Below are positions 50,392 through 63,908 of a DNA stretch of 64,000 bases, piece after piece. The stretch comes from an uncultured Planctomycetaceae bacterium (GTDB lineage Bacteria; Planctomycetota; Planctomycetia; Isosphaerales; Isosphaeraceae). Under the pieces are notes generated by a model. It had not been told where the DNA came from, did not search any database, and saw only the letters and a program-made list of their open reading frames with translations. The stretch's first letter is position 1, and each line of letters opens with the position of its first letter. Both the position numbers and the translations under genes were made by a program. The stretch covers positions 2,880,001 to 2,944,000 of the forward strand of contig CAWIAD010000001.1 of NCBI GenBank assembly GCA_963833985.1. Direction: 5' to 3'.

Positions 50392-52308
50392 ATGTCCAGC
50401 GGTACGCCTGGCATGTTGCAGCGCGACCTGGGCGCCCTGTTTGAGTCCGGCAGCCTCACAGGGCTGACGGATCGCGACCTGGTCGAGCGCGTGACCGGTC
50501 CGCTGGACGCGGCCGCCGAGGCAGCGTTCGAGGCACTCGTCACGCGGCACGGGCCGATGGTCCTGCGGGTTTGCCGCAACGTTCTGGGCCACCAGGACGA
50601 TGCGGAAGACGCGTTCCAGGCCACCTTCCTGGTGCTGGTGAAACAGCGGGCGTCGATCCGCAAGCTCGATTCCGTGGCAAGCTGGCTGTATGGAGTGGCC
50701 AGCCGGGTTGCGGCCCGGTCCCGGGTCGATGCGGCACGGCGGCGCAAGTCCGAGCAAGGCGGCATGCGGCTGGTGACGGACTCGGCCGCCGTCGAGGATA
50801 CCGCGGAGGCTCTCGATCGTGCCGCTCATGGCCCGATCGTGCAAGAAGAGGTGCGCAGGCTGCCGGAGAAATACCGGTCCGTGGTCTTGCTTTGCTACTG
50901 GGAGGGTCTGACCCACGAGCAAGCCGCGCTCCAGCTTGGCCTGCCGATCGGCACGGTCCGCAGCCGGATTGCCCGGGCGCGCGACCTCTTGCGCAAGCGA
51001 TTGATCCGCCGCGGCCTGCCGGCAACGGCCGGAGCTGTCGCGGTCTTCGCCGCGCCGAGCGCTCCCGCGGCCATCGCTCTGCCGGCTCTGCCGCTGTCTC
51101 TGGTCCGTTCCTCGGTGCAAGCTGCGATGTGTATCGCGGCCGGGCAGTCCACCGCCGGGGTGGTCCCGGCGACGGTCTTATCGCTCAGTAAACGCGTGCT
51201 CTGGAGTCTGGCCATGATGAAACTGACAAAACTTGCAGCGGTTTTGACGATGACCCTTGTGCTTGCCTTCGGTGCCCGATCGTGGGCACAACGGCCGCAC
51301 CGGGAAGCACGACAACCGGCAAAGGCAGCCACGGCGAAACCGGGACAGGCCGTGAAGGGCTTTTCCCGGATCGCGCATATGATCGAACCGCCAGACCTGG
51401 TCCTGGTTGAAGTGCTGGAAGCGCTTCCAGGGCGCCCAATCTCCGGCGAGCGGCTTGTTCGCCCCGACGGCACGATCTCGCTGGGCTTTTATGGGGATGT
51501 CGAGGTCGCCGGACTGACCGTGGTCGAAGCAAAGGAGAAGATTGTCAAGCACTTGACGAAGTACCTGAACGACGATGTGCTTGGTCTCGAAATCCTTGAT
51601 CCCGAGACGGGGGAGCCGAAACGCGACGCGAAAGGCAACGAGTTACGAATCGAGCCTCGTGACAGCGACCGCGTGTTCGTGGACGTGACTGCCTATAACA
51701 GCCGAAACTACTACGTCGAGGGTGAAGTCTACGCGCCCGACAGGCTCCCTTCCACGGGCGGAGACCGAGTTCTCGATGCCATCCATTATGCCGGCGGACT
51801 TCGTCCCACGGCGGATCGAAGCGCGATCCGCCTGGTTCGTAGCTTCCCGCAAGGCGCCCCGGTGCAGGTGCTGCCCATCGACTACGAGGAAATCACGATG
51901 GGAACGGACGACTCCACGAATTATCAGATACTCCCGAACGATCGCGTCGTCGTACCGCGTATTGGAGCACTCGGCAGATCATCATCCAGCACCGGCACCG
52001 GCACCGGCACCGGCGCGGTCCGCAAAGACCCAGGGCCAGCGGATGGCGGCGCCGCGAACACTCAGTTCGGCAACAAAGACATACCCGCTTCTTATTATCC
52101 CACGGCAGGTAATGACCCAAGAAGTGCGGCGACCGACAAGCTCGAGCGAAAACTCAATGAGGTGGAAAAGAAGCTTGACAGTATTCTCAGTAAGTTGCAA
52201 GAGACCAAGCCCGCCGCGAACACCGAGGCCGACAAGGAGAAGAAACGCCGCCGACTCGAATCGCCAAGACTCGACGATGAAGATGTCAAGTCTCCCTTTG
52301 AGCGTTGA
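50392..52308 (+). CDS. ECF sigma factor with TM segment and polysaccharide-export/SLBB-like C-terminal domain
   Basis: [14 protein letters not shown] and [19 protein letters not shown]...[21 protein letters not shown]...YYVEGEV...[12 protein letters not shown]. Confidence 0.85.
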   Translation: MSSGTPGMLQRDLGALFESGSLTGLTDRDLVERVTGPLDAAAEAAFEALVTRHGPMVLRVCRNVLGHQDDAEDAFQATFLVLVKQRASIRKLDSVASWLYGVASRVAARSRVDAARRRKSEQGGMRLVTDSAAVEDTAEALDRAAHGPIVQEEVRRLPEKYRSVVLLCYWEGLTHEQAALQLGLPIGTVRSRIARARDLLRKRLIRRGLPATAGAVAVFAAPSAPAAIALPALPLSLVRSSVQAAMCIAAGQSTAGVVPATVLSLSKRVLWSLAMMKLTKLAAVLTMTLVLAFGARSWAQRPHREARQPAKAATAKPGQAVKGFSRIAHMIEPPDLVLVEVLEALPGRPISGERLVRPDGTISLGFYGDVEVAGLTVVEAKEKIVKHLTKYLNDDVLGLEILDPETGEPKRDAKGNELRIEPRDSDRVFVDVTAYNSRNYYVEGEVYAPDRLPSTGGDRVLDAIHYAGGLRPTADRSAIRLVRSFPQGAPVQVLPIDYEEITMGTDDSTNYQILPNDRVVVPRIGALGRSSSSTGTGTGTGAVRKDPGPADGGAANTQFGNKDIPASYYPTAGNDPRSAATDKLERKLNEVEKKLDSILSKLQETKPAANTEADKEKKRRRLESPRLDDEDVKSPFER

Positions 52309-52404
52309 CCAGCGTTCAGCCCGCGGCGTGCCAACGTTCGGCGACCAAGACACGCCGCGGTCCTCGCAGCCCTGACGACGCTCGCATGCACATCATCACC
52401 CTGC

Positions 52405-53733
<1,329 letters not shown>

Positions 53734-53761
53734 TCCTTTTGCCTTTCACGGTCGAGAAACG

Positions 53762-54256
53762 CCGAGCAGATCCGCAGAAGTCTTTGAGCAGGATTTCCGT
53801 TTCCTTGCCCGGAGGCTGAGGGCCCTGCCTGGCCGCTCTCCTCGTGGGGTACGATTCCAATCGTGCCATTCGATTCTCGTGGGGTACGATTCCAATCGTG
53901 CCATTCCTGGTTCATCAGATGGAAAAAGTGACACGATCGGGGATCGTGGCCCACGAAAAGCGGCCGGATGCTCTCCTCGTGGGGTACGATTCCGATCGTG
54001 CCATTTCTGGTTCATCAGATGGAAGAAGTGACACGATCGGAATCGTGTCCCACGAGGTGATCGAAAAACTGACACGATCGGCGATCGTGTCCCACGAGGT
54101 GATCGAAGAAGTGACACGATTGGAATGGTGTCCAACGAGGAGATGGAAGAACTGACACGATTGGGTATCGCGTCCCACGAAAAGCGGCATTCCGGTCATC
54201 AAGGATCGCATCAACATGTTGAATGCCTGTCAAAGAACTATGGCGAACCTGCTTGG
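53762..54256. mobile_element. MITE/REPIN-like element, expanded copy
   Basis: Imperfect TIRs CCGAGCAGATCCGCAGAAGTCTTTGA / TCAAAGAACTATGGCGAACCTGCTTGG; internal repeats of GTGGGGTACGATTCCRATCGTGCC and its inverse. Confidence 0.75.
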
Positions 54257-55288
54257 TGGTTCATGTGCAGATGGTGCTTCAGCAGCAAGAGCATCTCGTC
54301 CCAGGTTCTCGGCTGCACTTCCAGCGCGTCCAGGGCCAGCCGGCGCGTCAGCACCTGCCCAGCCGGATCAAGATACTCGACCGGGCTCTTGCCATCGACG
54401 CGCGCCAGCAGGCAGGCGGCCGCGTGCTCGATGGCGCGCGGCACAAGGTTCTCGGGCCGCCACGGTCCCCCCGCGATCCGCTCCAGGTAAGAGGCCCAGA
54501 AGGCCAGCGTCAAGTCCAGGAACCGCTGCTCCAGCCCCGCCGCTGTCTTGCCGAGATGAATCGTCTTGAGCATCAGGTGGCTGAGGAAGAATCCGAGATC
54601 GAACGTGGCGTCGCCGGCATGGGCGCACTCGAAGTCCAGCAGGATCAGGCCCTCTGAGTGCACCAAAATGTTCTTGGGACTGAAGTCTCCCAGCACCAGT
54701 GTACGCTCGCGGACCGGCACGTCCATGGCGGCGATCAGGGCATCGATCTGTGCGGCCACGGCGGAATGTGCGCGGGCGATCGTGCGGTAGTAGGGATCGA
54801 CGCGAAGCTCATCAAAGAGCGTGGTGTCGGCGAGCGTCCCGCGGAGCTGCGGGTGATGCGGGGCCTCGGCGTGAATGGTTGCCAGAATCGTCCCCAGCCG
54901 GCCGGCAATGCGCGCGTCGGCCTGGCCGCTCATGAGCCGGGTTTTCCAGGTTTCCGAGTCGTCCGGCGCAGGTCATGGCGAAGAGGTAATTGGGGCGGTC
55001 TTCGAAGAGCACGCGCGGCACGGTGTTCGGAGGCAGCAGCTCATCCAGCACCTGGAGCGCGGCGTGTTCGGCCCAGATCCGGTCCAGCCGCGCCCGCCAT
55101 TCCATGGCCACGCGCAGCCGCTCGCGGCATTGCTTGATCACGAACGGCGGCTGGCCGGCCACATCGACACGCAGCACGACGTTGGAAACCCCGCCGGCCA
55201 GTTCGCGGACACTGACGCCCTGGCCGTCGGCGACCCGCCCGGTTGCGCGAAGGTAGGCGACGGTGTTCTCGCTGCGGATTTCCTGCAT
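54238..55288 (-). CDS. APH/methylthioribose-kinase-like phosphotransferase, frameshifted near 54965
   Basis: LAGGVSN, VIKQ, GDFSPKNIL and LDFE motifs. Confidence 0.8.
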
Positions 55289-55326
55289 CGGAGGGTTGTG
55301 CGCCGCGTGGGGAGGAGACCAGGCAT

Positions 55327-56097
55327 TCAGATCAACGTTTCCAGCAGCAGTCTCAGCTTGCGGACCTCGACCTCGCGTTCGAAGGCGTTGTCCGGGCGAT
55401 CGACGATGGCGACCGTGAGCGCGCGATTATAGCCGTGGCGCTGGAGCTGGTTCACGATCCGGGCGTACTCGATGAGCCCCTGGCCGACGCGTACCTGGAA
55501 CTCACCGGGCTGCTTGCCGCTATCTCGGAGATGGACATTCTGAACGTACGGGTAGAGCGGATCGAAGTCGGTTTCCTTGTACGGCCCCTGCAAGCCGTGG
55601 CTGGGGTCGAGCGTGAGAGCCAGGCCGGGGATGGTCTTGCACAGCTCCAGGGCGGCGCGGGGGTCGCCGGCGAGCGTGGCGGAGTCGGTCACGAGGGAAA
55701 GGACCAGGCCGTCGCGCATGGCGTTGCCCACCAGTTCCGTGAGCCGTTTGATCTCCTGATTGAGCGATGTTCCCAGTGAGAGTGACGGCATGGCAATGAC
55801 GGCGACACCGAGCGCCTTGGCGAACCGGCAATGCGCATCGAAGCGGCGGCGCACCGCGGGGTCGTTCCAGTCGACCGGTCCCAGGTCGATGGAGAGCGAG
55901 GAGGGGGTCAAGCTCGGTCCGCGGCGAACCTGGTGCAAGGCGGCCTCGAAATCCTCACCCACCTGGGACGGCCGCAGGTGCTGCCCATCGTCCACGATCG
56001 CCAGCTCGAACCTGTCGAACTCCAGCTCGGAGATGAGCTTGAGGGCCTTATCCAGCGGTTCCCTGGCAAAGCAGAGTGTGCTGCATGCGACGAACAT
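55327..56097 (-). CDS. Sugar phosphate isomerase/epimerase (TIM barrel)
   Basis: LTLDPSH, VHLRD and VGQG motifs. Confidence 0.75.
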   Translation of the reverse strand: MFVACSTLCFAREPLDKALKLISELEFDRFELAIVDDGQHLRPSQVGEDFEAALHQVRRGPSLTPSSLSIDLGPVDWNDPAVRRRFDAHCRFAKALGVAVIAMPSLSLGTSLNQEIKRLTELVGNAMRDGLVLSLVTDSATLAGDPRAALELCKTIPGLALTLDPSHGLQGPYKETDFDPLYPYVQNVHLRDSGKQPGEFQVRVGQGLIEYARIVNQLQRHGYNRALTVAIVDRPDNAFEREVEVRKLRLLLETLI

Positions 56098-56225
56098 CGA
56101 CCCCTCCTCACCTTGCCACGGCCCGTCGGACCGGGCACCTCGATGGACGGCATCGAGCGCAGGTTCTTGACCGGTGATGGTCTGATCCAGGCGTGAATTC
56201 GATCCTCCTGACCCGTGGGGCGATC

Positions 56226-59200
56226 TTACCGCACCGTGCGATCAGGCGAAAGGGCAGAAGCCTCGGCTGGACCGGGCCTCAGGGTCCTGGAGGTCTCGGT
56301 CAGGTCCGGGTGCCGTTTCTGTGCATTGGCGGCCAGGATTCCGGGATGCCGCGCCCAGTGCGAGCCGGCCAGCCGGGCGAACTCGGCGTAACGGTGAGTG
56401 CGATAGGCCTGGAGCGCAGCCAGAAGGGTCCGCTGGGCGTTCAGCCGGGCGGCCCTGGGCACCGTTTCGCCGAGCACGTGCACGTCGTCGATCCAGAGCG
56501 TTCCGGGTGTGACCAGCTCGAACCGCAACCGCGCCGAGTCGAGTCCGCCGGCGGGTAGATCGACGGCCCGCACCGCTTTCTGCTCCCACGTGGGAGAGAC
56601 CTTGAACTCGGACTGCCGGACGTAGGGCATGCCGCCGGCCTCGCCCCGGATCCAGAGGCGAACCTGGGCATCGGGCGCCTCGGCGCGGAGATACGCCTGG
56701 ATGATCACGCTCGAGCTTGCTGCCGGCACGAAGCTGCCGCTGGAGACCGAGACCGGGGCAGCCGGGGCGTTCAGCTTCAGGCTGGCCTGTCCCGAATGCG
56801 GATGAGAGGAGTCAATCGCGATCGAACTGTCCGGCCCGCCCTCGAGCGACCAGCCGCCGGGCAGATCACTCGCGGACGGCGCAGCGCCTGCTTTCTCGCG
56901 GTTGTTGGTCAGTGGTACGGGGTGGGAAGATGGCGTCTCGAAACCCGGGTTGGGCGGCTCTCCGGTTCCGCTACCCGGGCCGCGATTGAGCCGGGCGAGC
57001 TGGTTGGAAAGCTCCTGGTACTGCGCCTCCATTCCGGCCAGGACGGCGTCGGAGGGATACGGAGTGGTCTCCAGCAGTCGCGCTCCGGGTGCAGCCACCC
57101 GGATGGCCGAGACGCCGTGGGGAGGCAGGTCGATCACGAGCTGCCGCCCGCCCGCGACGGCCTGCGGAACCAGTCGCAGTCCGCGCCCAGGTCCTCCACC
57201 GAGGCAGTGGCCGGTGCGTCCAGCAGGCCGGCAAAGCGAATCGGGTAGGGCGTGTCGTTGGCGATTTCCAGGCACGTTTGCGACGCATCGCCGAGCGCCC
57301 GGGCCACGACTCCGCAGTCCTTCTGGTCCGCGGTGGCGGCAGGCAGCTCGATCGCCGCGGCAGGCAGCGACCGGAAGACCGTGGCGAACCTGCGGAGCTC
57401 CTCCTCGTGCCCGGCGACGGCCTGCGCCGCCAGGACCAGCCACTGGGCGTCGAGGGCGGCGACCGCATGTCCCAGCGGCTCGTCCAGCGTGATCCCATCA
57501 CCCAGCGGCACGGCCGCCAGCGCCAGGCCGGCCGCGCCGGTCTCCGCAAACGGCCCGGACACTGCCGCCGGACTGGCTTGCCCGCCGGCCGCTCTTTCCT
57601 CCGCCTCCTCGTCGTCATCGCCCGTGTCGGCCACCGACCTCCCGGCACCGATCCAGGGCCTGAGATCGCCTGCTCCCGAGTCCACGGTGAGACACAAGCC
57701 GCGGAGCGATCGACCGGCGATCTTGGCATCCAGGTCGGGGCTGGTGGCCAGGTCGTGCGCCAGTGGATCGGTGGAGAGCTCGACGCCCCGGAGCAACACC
57801 GGGGCATCCATACCGGCCGGCCAGGCCTGAAGGTCCAGCCCCACGTTCCGCCAGGCCTGGCTGGGGGCCAGCCCGGCCAGGTCCACGCGCCGGGCCTCGG
57901 CGTCCGCTGCGCCGCAGTGCAGCACAGGGGTGGAGAGCGCCAGCACAGCCCCGGGCGACACGGTCCGCGCCGCTTCCTGAAGCTCGTTGTACAGGTTTGC
58001 GATGGCACGCGAGCGCCACATCAGCCACGGCATGCGGCCCACGCCGGAGAGATACCTCGATCGGCTGGCGAACCGGTTGGCATCCCCGGTCTCCAGCCCC
58101 GGTATCTTGCTGGCCGTCTCCGGACCGAACGTATCATGCACGAACTGCGCGTAGGTCGCGTCGTCCAGGCCGGTGTCCGGGTTCCCCAGCAAGCTGGCGC
58201 CAGGACCGAGCTGGATCAAGAGTCCGGCCACCGTGCCACCGGCCTGGCGTGTCGCCAGCGCCTGCTCGACGCGCCGCTTCAGGGCCTGCCGCACGGCCGG
58301 GTGCAAGGGATGGTAGCAGCTCCCATCAGGCTGGCCCTGGCGGTCCACTCTCACGAGGCCCTGCCGCAACGCTTCCGCGGTGCCGGGCGGAGGCAAGCCG
58401 GGGAGATTCTCCGGCCCGTCCAGGTTCAGCTCGAGCCAGGCAGAGCAACCCTGGCGGCGGAGCAGGCGCAGGACCACATCCAGTGGGTCCGGGGCCGATG
58501 AGTCCTCTTCGGCCTGTCCCCGCAGCAGGCGGCGGTCGGCCCGGCCAGAGAGCCGCTCGGGGAGCACAACCAGCGATGCTCCGCAGTAGGAGACGTAGCC
58601 GACAAGATTCCTGGCCATCTGGAAGTCGTCGGTGAGGCCGGCTTCCTTTCCACCCCCGAATCGGTCAAGCGGGTGGCTGCCCGTCAGGTACAGTCCCAAT
58701 GCGCGTGTGGCCGGCGGTTTGGGCAGCCGGACCGACGGCCCGGCGGGCACCTTGTCCAGCTCCACCAGTTTCACGGTGCCCAGCCGGACGGGCCCCGAGG
58801 GGCTCCGATTGAGCAGCAGCAGCTGCGGTTCGGAACATCCGGGCCAGACCAGCCAGGAGAACGTGGCGGCAGGCCCATCCTTGAGAATGGGCGGGCCCGC
58901 GACGCAGGCATCGAGCAGGAGCCTGGGACGGCTGCCTCCGGTGCCCGGGTCCACCAGCGCCACCCCCAGCGCCCTGGGGTCTCCGGCAGCGACCGTGAGC
59001 GTCAAGCGGTGCAGTTTCTCGGGGTGGGGAGCCCGCAGGGCGACAGTCGACCAGGGAAGGCCGGAATCATCGGCGGGGCCAAGGTTGGCGAGCTCGGCCG
59101 GCGTACGGCCAATCAGGTTCCTCAGGCGGTCACGCTCGCGTTCCCTCCGCCCGTTGTCCAGAATGGCCTCCGCGGGAACAGACCAGAGACTGCTGCCCGG

Positions 59201-60241
59201 ACTGGCCACCGCCGCGCGGCCCCAGGCCGTGACGCGTGCGCCGCGGATGCGGCCGAACTCGACCGAATCGACCTCGGTTTCACGCGGCGGAACCTCCGCG
59301 TTACCCCCCGGTGCGGCCGCGAAGGTGGTCTGAGAGGAATCGGCCGAGGCCGAGGCGACGACCATCACCAGCCGCCGGGTTACTGAATTCGTCGCCGGTG
59401 CGGACTTGCGGCGCCGGATCAGCCGGGCCAGCCGCGAGCTGCTCCCCTCGCGCGGTCCGGCAGGCTCCCAGCTTGTCCGCAGCTCCAGGACATAGCTCCC
59501 CTCGACGGCCGGCGCGGGAATGGTCCACACCCGCGTTGGCGGGTCGAGCCGGTTGGCTGGTACCTGATCCTTCTGGTCGGAACGCCACAGAACCTGGTCG
59601 CTGCCGATGGCGCGCAGGGCGGCCGTGGTGCGGACGGTCGCTTCGGGCGCCTCGGGGGTGATGATATTGTACTGAAGAAAAAGCTGGACAGCGGTGGAAG
59701 GCTGCACCATCCCATGCTCCGCGCCTGGCCCCAGATGCGCGAGCAGTAAATCCCAGGGTAGGCGCTCGACGCCGATGACCAGCGGTGCGTGCGGCGGAGT
59801 CCGCTGCGGGCGGTCGACGATCGCCAGCACGGGAATCCGTACCACGTTGTCGCCCCGGCGAACGATCAGGTCCGCCCCGGCGGCAGCCTCGACCCGTGCG
59901 CGAATTCGTCCCGCGTCGGTGCTTCCCAGCGTCCAGCTGCCATCCTCCGCCTGGCGTGGAGAATTGCCCGCGGCTCGAGAGGCCGTCGGCCAGGCGACCG
60001 CCTCGATGACCTGGCCCTCACTCACCGACACAACGACCTCGGAGGGGGACCGCTCGGCACCCGCCGGCTGGGCATTCGCCCCGGCCGCGGGAGCCGACCA
60101 CGTCAGGTCGATGGTGATGCCTACCGGCTCGTCCGGGCCCGCCGGCTTGCCTTTCTCCCAGCGCGCAGCCCGAGTGCTGGCCATGGTTCCGAGCAGGAAC
60201 ATGGCCAAGCAGAACAGGACCTCGCGCCCTCCTTTGCGCAT
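56226..60241 (-). CDS. Large secreted protein with glycoside-hydrolase-like and CBM-like regions, frameshifted near 57185
   Basis: Signal peptide; YHPLHPAVR; C-terminal NPGFE...HSGQASLKL...WIDDV (CBM4/9-like). Confidence 0.55.
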
Positions 60242-60740
60242 GAGCCCCCAGACACCTTTCCGCCGCGATTCGAGCGCGTCATGTCACGTTGTGCCGACCG
60301 ACATCCGTGCCGGATCGAACAACCACTCGCACCCTGTCCGTCATCCAGCCCGCACGCCGAGACCGGCGAAGGGACCGGACAAGAAGAAATGATCCACAGT
60401 CTGCTATCGGCAGGACAGGAGCCTTACTTCACCCGAATCCGGAAAAATCGGCAAGGTCGACCTGACACGGCGAATCTCAATGAGAAGGTGCCTACCGCTG
60501 AAGCACGCGCCGGCTCGGGCGGCATTTCTCCTCATCACCCCGGCGATGTGGCTGGCTCGCGTCGATTGCCTGAAACGGATGGCGAGGTCCCGCACCGCCG
60601 CCATCGCCGCCGATCCGGATCCCGGCTGCGCACGAGGGCGCTGCAAGCGAGCGCCCGGAGGGCCGCCTGGATGGAGCAGGCTCATTTCAACATCGACGGC
60701 TTATCTATCTGATCCAATCGGCCAGCGCGAGGCAGTCCGC

Positions 60741-60884
60741 TCACAGTCCCTTGCCGCCCACGTGCTTTCTCTTCCTTGGGTTCCGCGTGCCGTGGATCTT
60801 GCGGTGGCGGCCCTTGGCCACGGGCGAGCTATCGGCGCGTTTCCGCCACTTATGTCCCTTGCGATGCCGTGTTTTCACTTTCAT
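60741..60884 (-). CDS. Small, very basic protein, 47 aa
   Basis: AGGAAAG RBS; MKVKTRHRKGHKWRKRADSSPVAKGRHRKIHGTRNPRKRKHVGGKGL. Confidence 0.6.
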   Translation of the reverse strand: MKVKTRHRKGHKWRKRADSSPVAKGRHRKIHGTRNPRKRKHVGGKGL

Positions 60885-61046
60885 GGTTCTTTCCTGAGTC
60901 TTCTCTGCGCAGTGCGATGCGGCAAGGCCGTTGCTGTGGCCGGTGAGCCGAAAGATCCGTATTATGAGATCTCGCCCACGCCGCGACAAGGTGAGTCCAC
61001 CGTTGTGGACCGATGGACACCCAGGGAGCGGGGTTGACCGCAAGCC

Positions 61047-63908
61047 ATGGTGGATCGGATTGGCGGGAACGCGCGCTCATGGCCGGACCGGGTGATTGTC
61101 GTCTTGCTCCAGACGATTGCGGTCCTGCTGGCCTTCCAGGTGGTTTTTGACACGGACGTCTGGTGGCATGTCCGCGCGGGGCAGTGGATTCTGGCCCACG
61201 CGCAGGTTCCCCGGCTAGATCCCTTCACCTTCGCCTCGGCCAGCCGGCCCTGGATCGACCTGCACTGGGGGTTTCAGGTGGCACTAGCCCTGGCGCACCG
61301 GCTGGGTGGAGTGCCGGGAATTGTCGGCCTCGCGGCGATCCTCTGCGGAGCGGCCTTCCTCACGGCCTTCCAGGTTCGACTTCGACAGTGGCCGGTCGCC
61401 GTGACCGGATGGTGCTGGGTACCCGCTCTGCTGGTCATGAGCAGCCGGTTCGACCCCCGGCCGGAGATCGCCTCGCTCTTGCTCATGGCCGCGTTCCTGG
61501 CGGTGCTCTTCCGCGCCGATCGGTCGCCGCGATGGTTCTGGTTGCTGCCTGTTCTCCAGGTCATCTGGGTGAACGTGCATTCGCTGTTCGTGCTCGGTCC
61601 CATCATTGTCGGATGCTACCTGGCCGACCGCCTGGCGCGCAGCCTCCTGGGAACGCTGCCGGCGCCCCGGAGCCTGAACTGGTGGAAGCATGCCGCGCCG
61701 GCGTGCCTGCTCCTGTTGCCGGCCTGCTGGCTGAACCCTTACGGATGGCGGGGCGTATGGTTTCCGGCCGAGCTGTTCGGCAAGATCGCTGCGCCTTCGA
61801 ACCCTTACAAGGCCTACGTGGCGGAGTTCATGAGCCTGGCCAGCATGGTTCAAAGGCAGGGGCTTGCCACAGCCGCGGCCAACCTGTACTTGCGGATGGC
61901 GACATTCCTGCTGCTCGTCTTGCCCTGGTCCATCCTGGTGCCCGCCGTCTGGGAGCAAGCGGGACCCGAGACCCGGCGTCGCGATCGCTTCTGGTGGGCG
62001 CTCTTTCTGGGTGGAGTCACCGCGTGCGCTCTGGGCGCCGTGGGACTTCCGGCCAGGGACATCCCCGGCGTGCTCGCTGATGTGGGCAGGTACTCGCCCC
62101 TTGGCTTCCTGCTGCTGGGCGTGCTGAGCATCCCTTTCGTCGCGCGTGCGTCCCGTTTCTCTCCGATGCTGCTGGGTCTTGGAGTTCTCGCCATGGCCGG
62201 ATGGTGCGACTTCCTGCGCGGCCATCTGTACGGGACCGACGTGGCCTGGAGCAAGGCATGGGGACCCGCGGTCGGGCCGGTAGCCGGAATCCTCGGCGCG
62301 ATCGTGGCCATGATGGCGATCGTCGCGGGAGCGAGGCCCTTCTTCATCCTGCTGTCCGTCGCCTTTGGCATGCTCGGACTCATGGCATGCCGCAACCTCA
62401 ATCTTTTCGGGCTGGCCGCCGGAGCCGTGATGACCTTGAACCTGGGCTCCTGGGCGGATGCACTGGGTGCGGAAGCGACACGCCATCGCGCGGCCGGGAC
62501 GCGGGTGGCGACGGCGTCGCTGATCGTGCTTCTCCTGGTATGGCTGGCCGCCATTCCGACCGATCGATTCTACGAGCTCTCCGGTGAGCTCAGACAGTTC
62601 GGCTGGCGGGAGCGGCGGTTCGGTTACGCCCACGACGCTGCGCGGTTCGCTGGCCAGCCCGGCATGCCGGATCGCGCCCTGGTGTACGACATCGGGCAGA
62701 CGGGCGTCTATCTCTACCACAATGGACCGCAACGCAAGCTATTCATGGATTCGCGCCTGGAGGTCCCCTCGCTGGCGACCTTCCGCGAGTACATCGGCGT
62801 GGAGCAGTGGCTCCAGCAGGGAGACGCGCGGTGGGTTGAGGCGGTCAGACGCATGGGGAATCCGCTGATCCTGGTCGGCCATGAGGAGAATACCGACGCC
62901 GTCGCCACGCTCATCGCCCACCCGCGCTGGCGTTGCCTGTATTTCGATGCGGTCGCCGCCGTGTTCCTGCACGAGGGCAGCGTGCGCCAGGCCGCGTCCT
63001 TTCCACCCGTCGATTTCTTCACTCGATTCCTGGAAAACGCCGCCGGTCCCGTCGGCGATCCGGGCGCTGCTCTGGTGCAGGCGAAACATCTCTCCGAGAT
63101 TGGCAGCCACCTGTCCAGGCGTCCGGGCTCGCGGTGGGAGGACCGCGCTCCGATCCTGCTGCTGGGCGCCAGTCATGCCCGCAAGGCAGTCTCCGCCCTG
63201 GGCCGCTCGGCCCAGGCGTGGACCATTCTCGGGCATTGCGCATGGGGCCTGACGACAGACCTCTCACGCGGGCCCCCCGCCCTGGACGGCCCCTGGGAGC
63301 CGGCGGAGGGGCTCTCATGGGTTCAAGCAACCGCGTGTTACCGCAAGGCTCTCAAGGAAAGCCCGGCGAATCTGGCCGCCAGGCTTTCCCTGGCGCGGAT
63401 CTACGAAGTGAGAGGCATGAACGACGCTGCCACGGCGTCCCTCCGCGCCATCGACAACCAGCGGGCCGACGAACTGGCTTCCTTTCTGTCCCAGCACGTT
63501 GCGGCGCTCGAGGCTGCCGGTCGCGCCTTGACCTGGAGCGAGGCCGAGCCTCGGGCACTGGCTCTCCTGAACCTGGGATCGCCGGTGCAGGCACGAACGC
63601 TCTTCGAACGGGCCACGAACCCGCCGTCGCCCGCATTGCGGACCTGCCGGAGGGCCGAGACCTACCTCGCGGAATGGAACCTGAACGAGGCCGAGGTCGC
63701 GTTCCAACGGGCGCTCGAGCAAGATGCAACACAGGGGCAGGCCTGGTACGGACTTTGTCTGACGCGGCTGCATGCAGGCAAACGTGTGGAACTTGTCGAT
63801 GCGTGTCATCACGCCCTGGCGGGCGCGCTCACAACAGCGCAGCGCCATGACGTCGAGAAGTTCCTGGTTCTGTGCCGCGTGGACCCGGATGAGCACCCGG
63901 CCGGTTGA
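61047..63908 (+). CDS. Multi-pass membrane protein (GT-C-like) with C-terminal TPRs
   Basis: DTDVWWH...DPF...W, RPE, WVNVH and NPYG motifs, many TMs, TPR-like tail. Confidence 0.6.
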   Translation: MVDRIGGNARSWPDRVIVVLLQTIAVLLAFQVVFDTDVWWHVRAGQWILAHAQVPRLDPFTFASASRPWIDLHWGFQVALALAHRLGGVPGIVGLAAILCGAAFLTAFQVRLRQWPVAVTGWCWVPALLVMSSRFDPRPEIASLLLMAAFLAVLFRADRSPRWFWLLPVLQVIWVNVHSLFVLGPIIVGCYLADRLARSLLGTLPAPRSLNWWKHAAPACLLLLPACWLNPYGWRGVWFPAELFGKIAAPSNPYKAYVAEFMSLASMVQRQGLATAAANLYLRMATFLLLVLPWSILVPAVWEQAGPETRRRDRFWWALFLGGVTACALGAVGLPARDIPGVLADVGRYSPLGFLLLGVLSIPFVARASRFSPMLLGLGVLAMAGWCDFLRGHLYGTDVAWSKAWGPAVGPVAGILGAIVAMMAIVAGARPFFILLSVAFGMLGLMACRNLNLFGLAAGAVMTLNLGSWADALGAEATRHRAAGTRVATASLIVLLLVWLAAIPTDRFYELSGELRQFGWRERRFGYAHDAARFAGQPGMPDRALVYDIGQTGVYLYHNGPQRKLFMDSRLEVPSLATFREYIGVEQWLQQGDARWVEAVRRMGNPLILVGHEENTDAVATLIAHPRWRCLYFDAVAAVFLHEGSVRQAASFPPVDFFTRFLENAAGPVGDPGAALVQAKHLSEIGSHLSRRPGSRWEDRAPILLLGASHARKAVSALGRSAQAWTILGHCAWGLTTDLSRGPPALDGPWEPAEGLSWVQATACYRKALKESPANLAARLSLARIYEVRGMNDAATASLRAIDNQRADELASFLSQHVAALEAAGRALTWSEAEPRALALLNLGSPVQARTLFERATNPPSPALRTCRRAETYLAEWNLNEAEVAFQRALEQDATQGQAWYGLCLTRLHAGKRVELVDACHHALAGALTTAQRHDVEKFLVLCRVDPDEHPAG

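Noticed and set aside
53840..54180. CRISPR array
   Set aside because: Units occur in both orientations with irregular spacing inside a TIR-bounded element.
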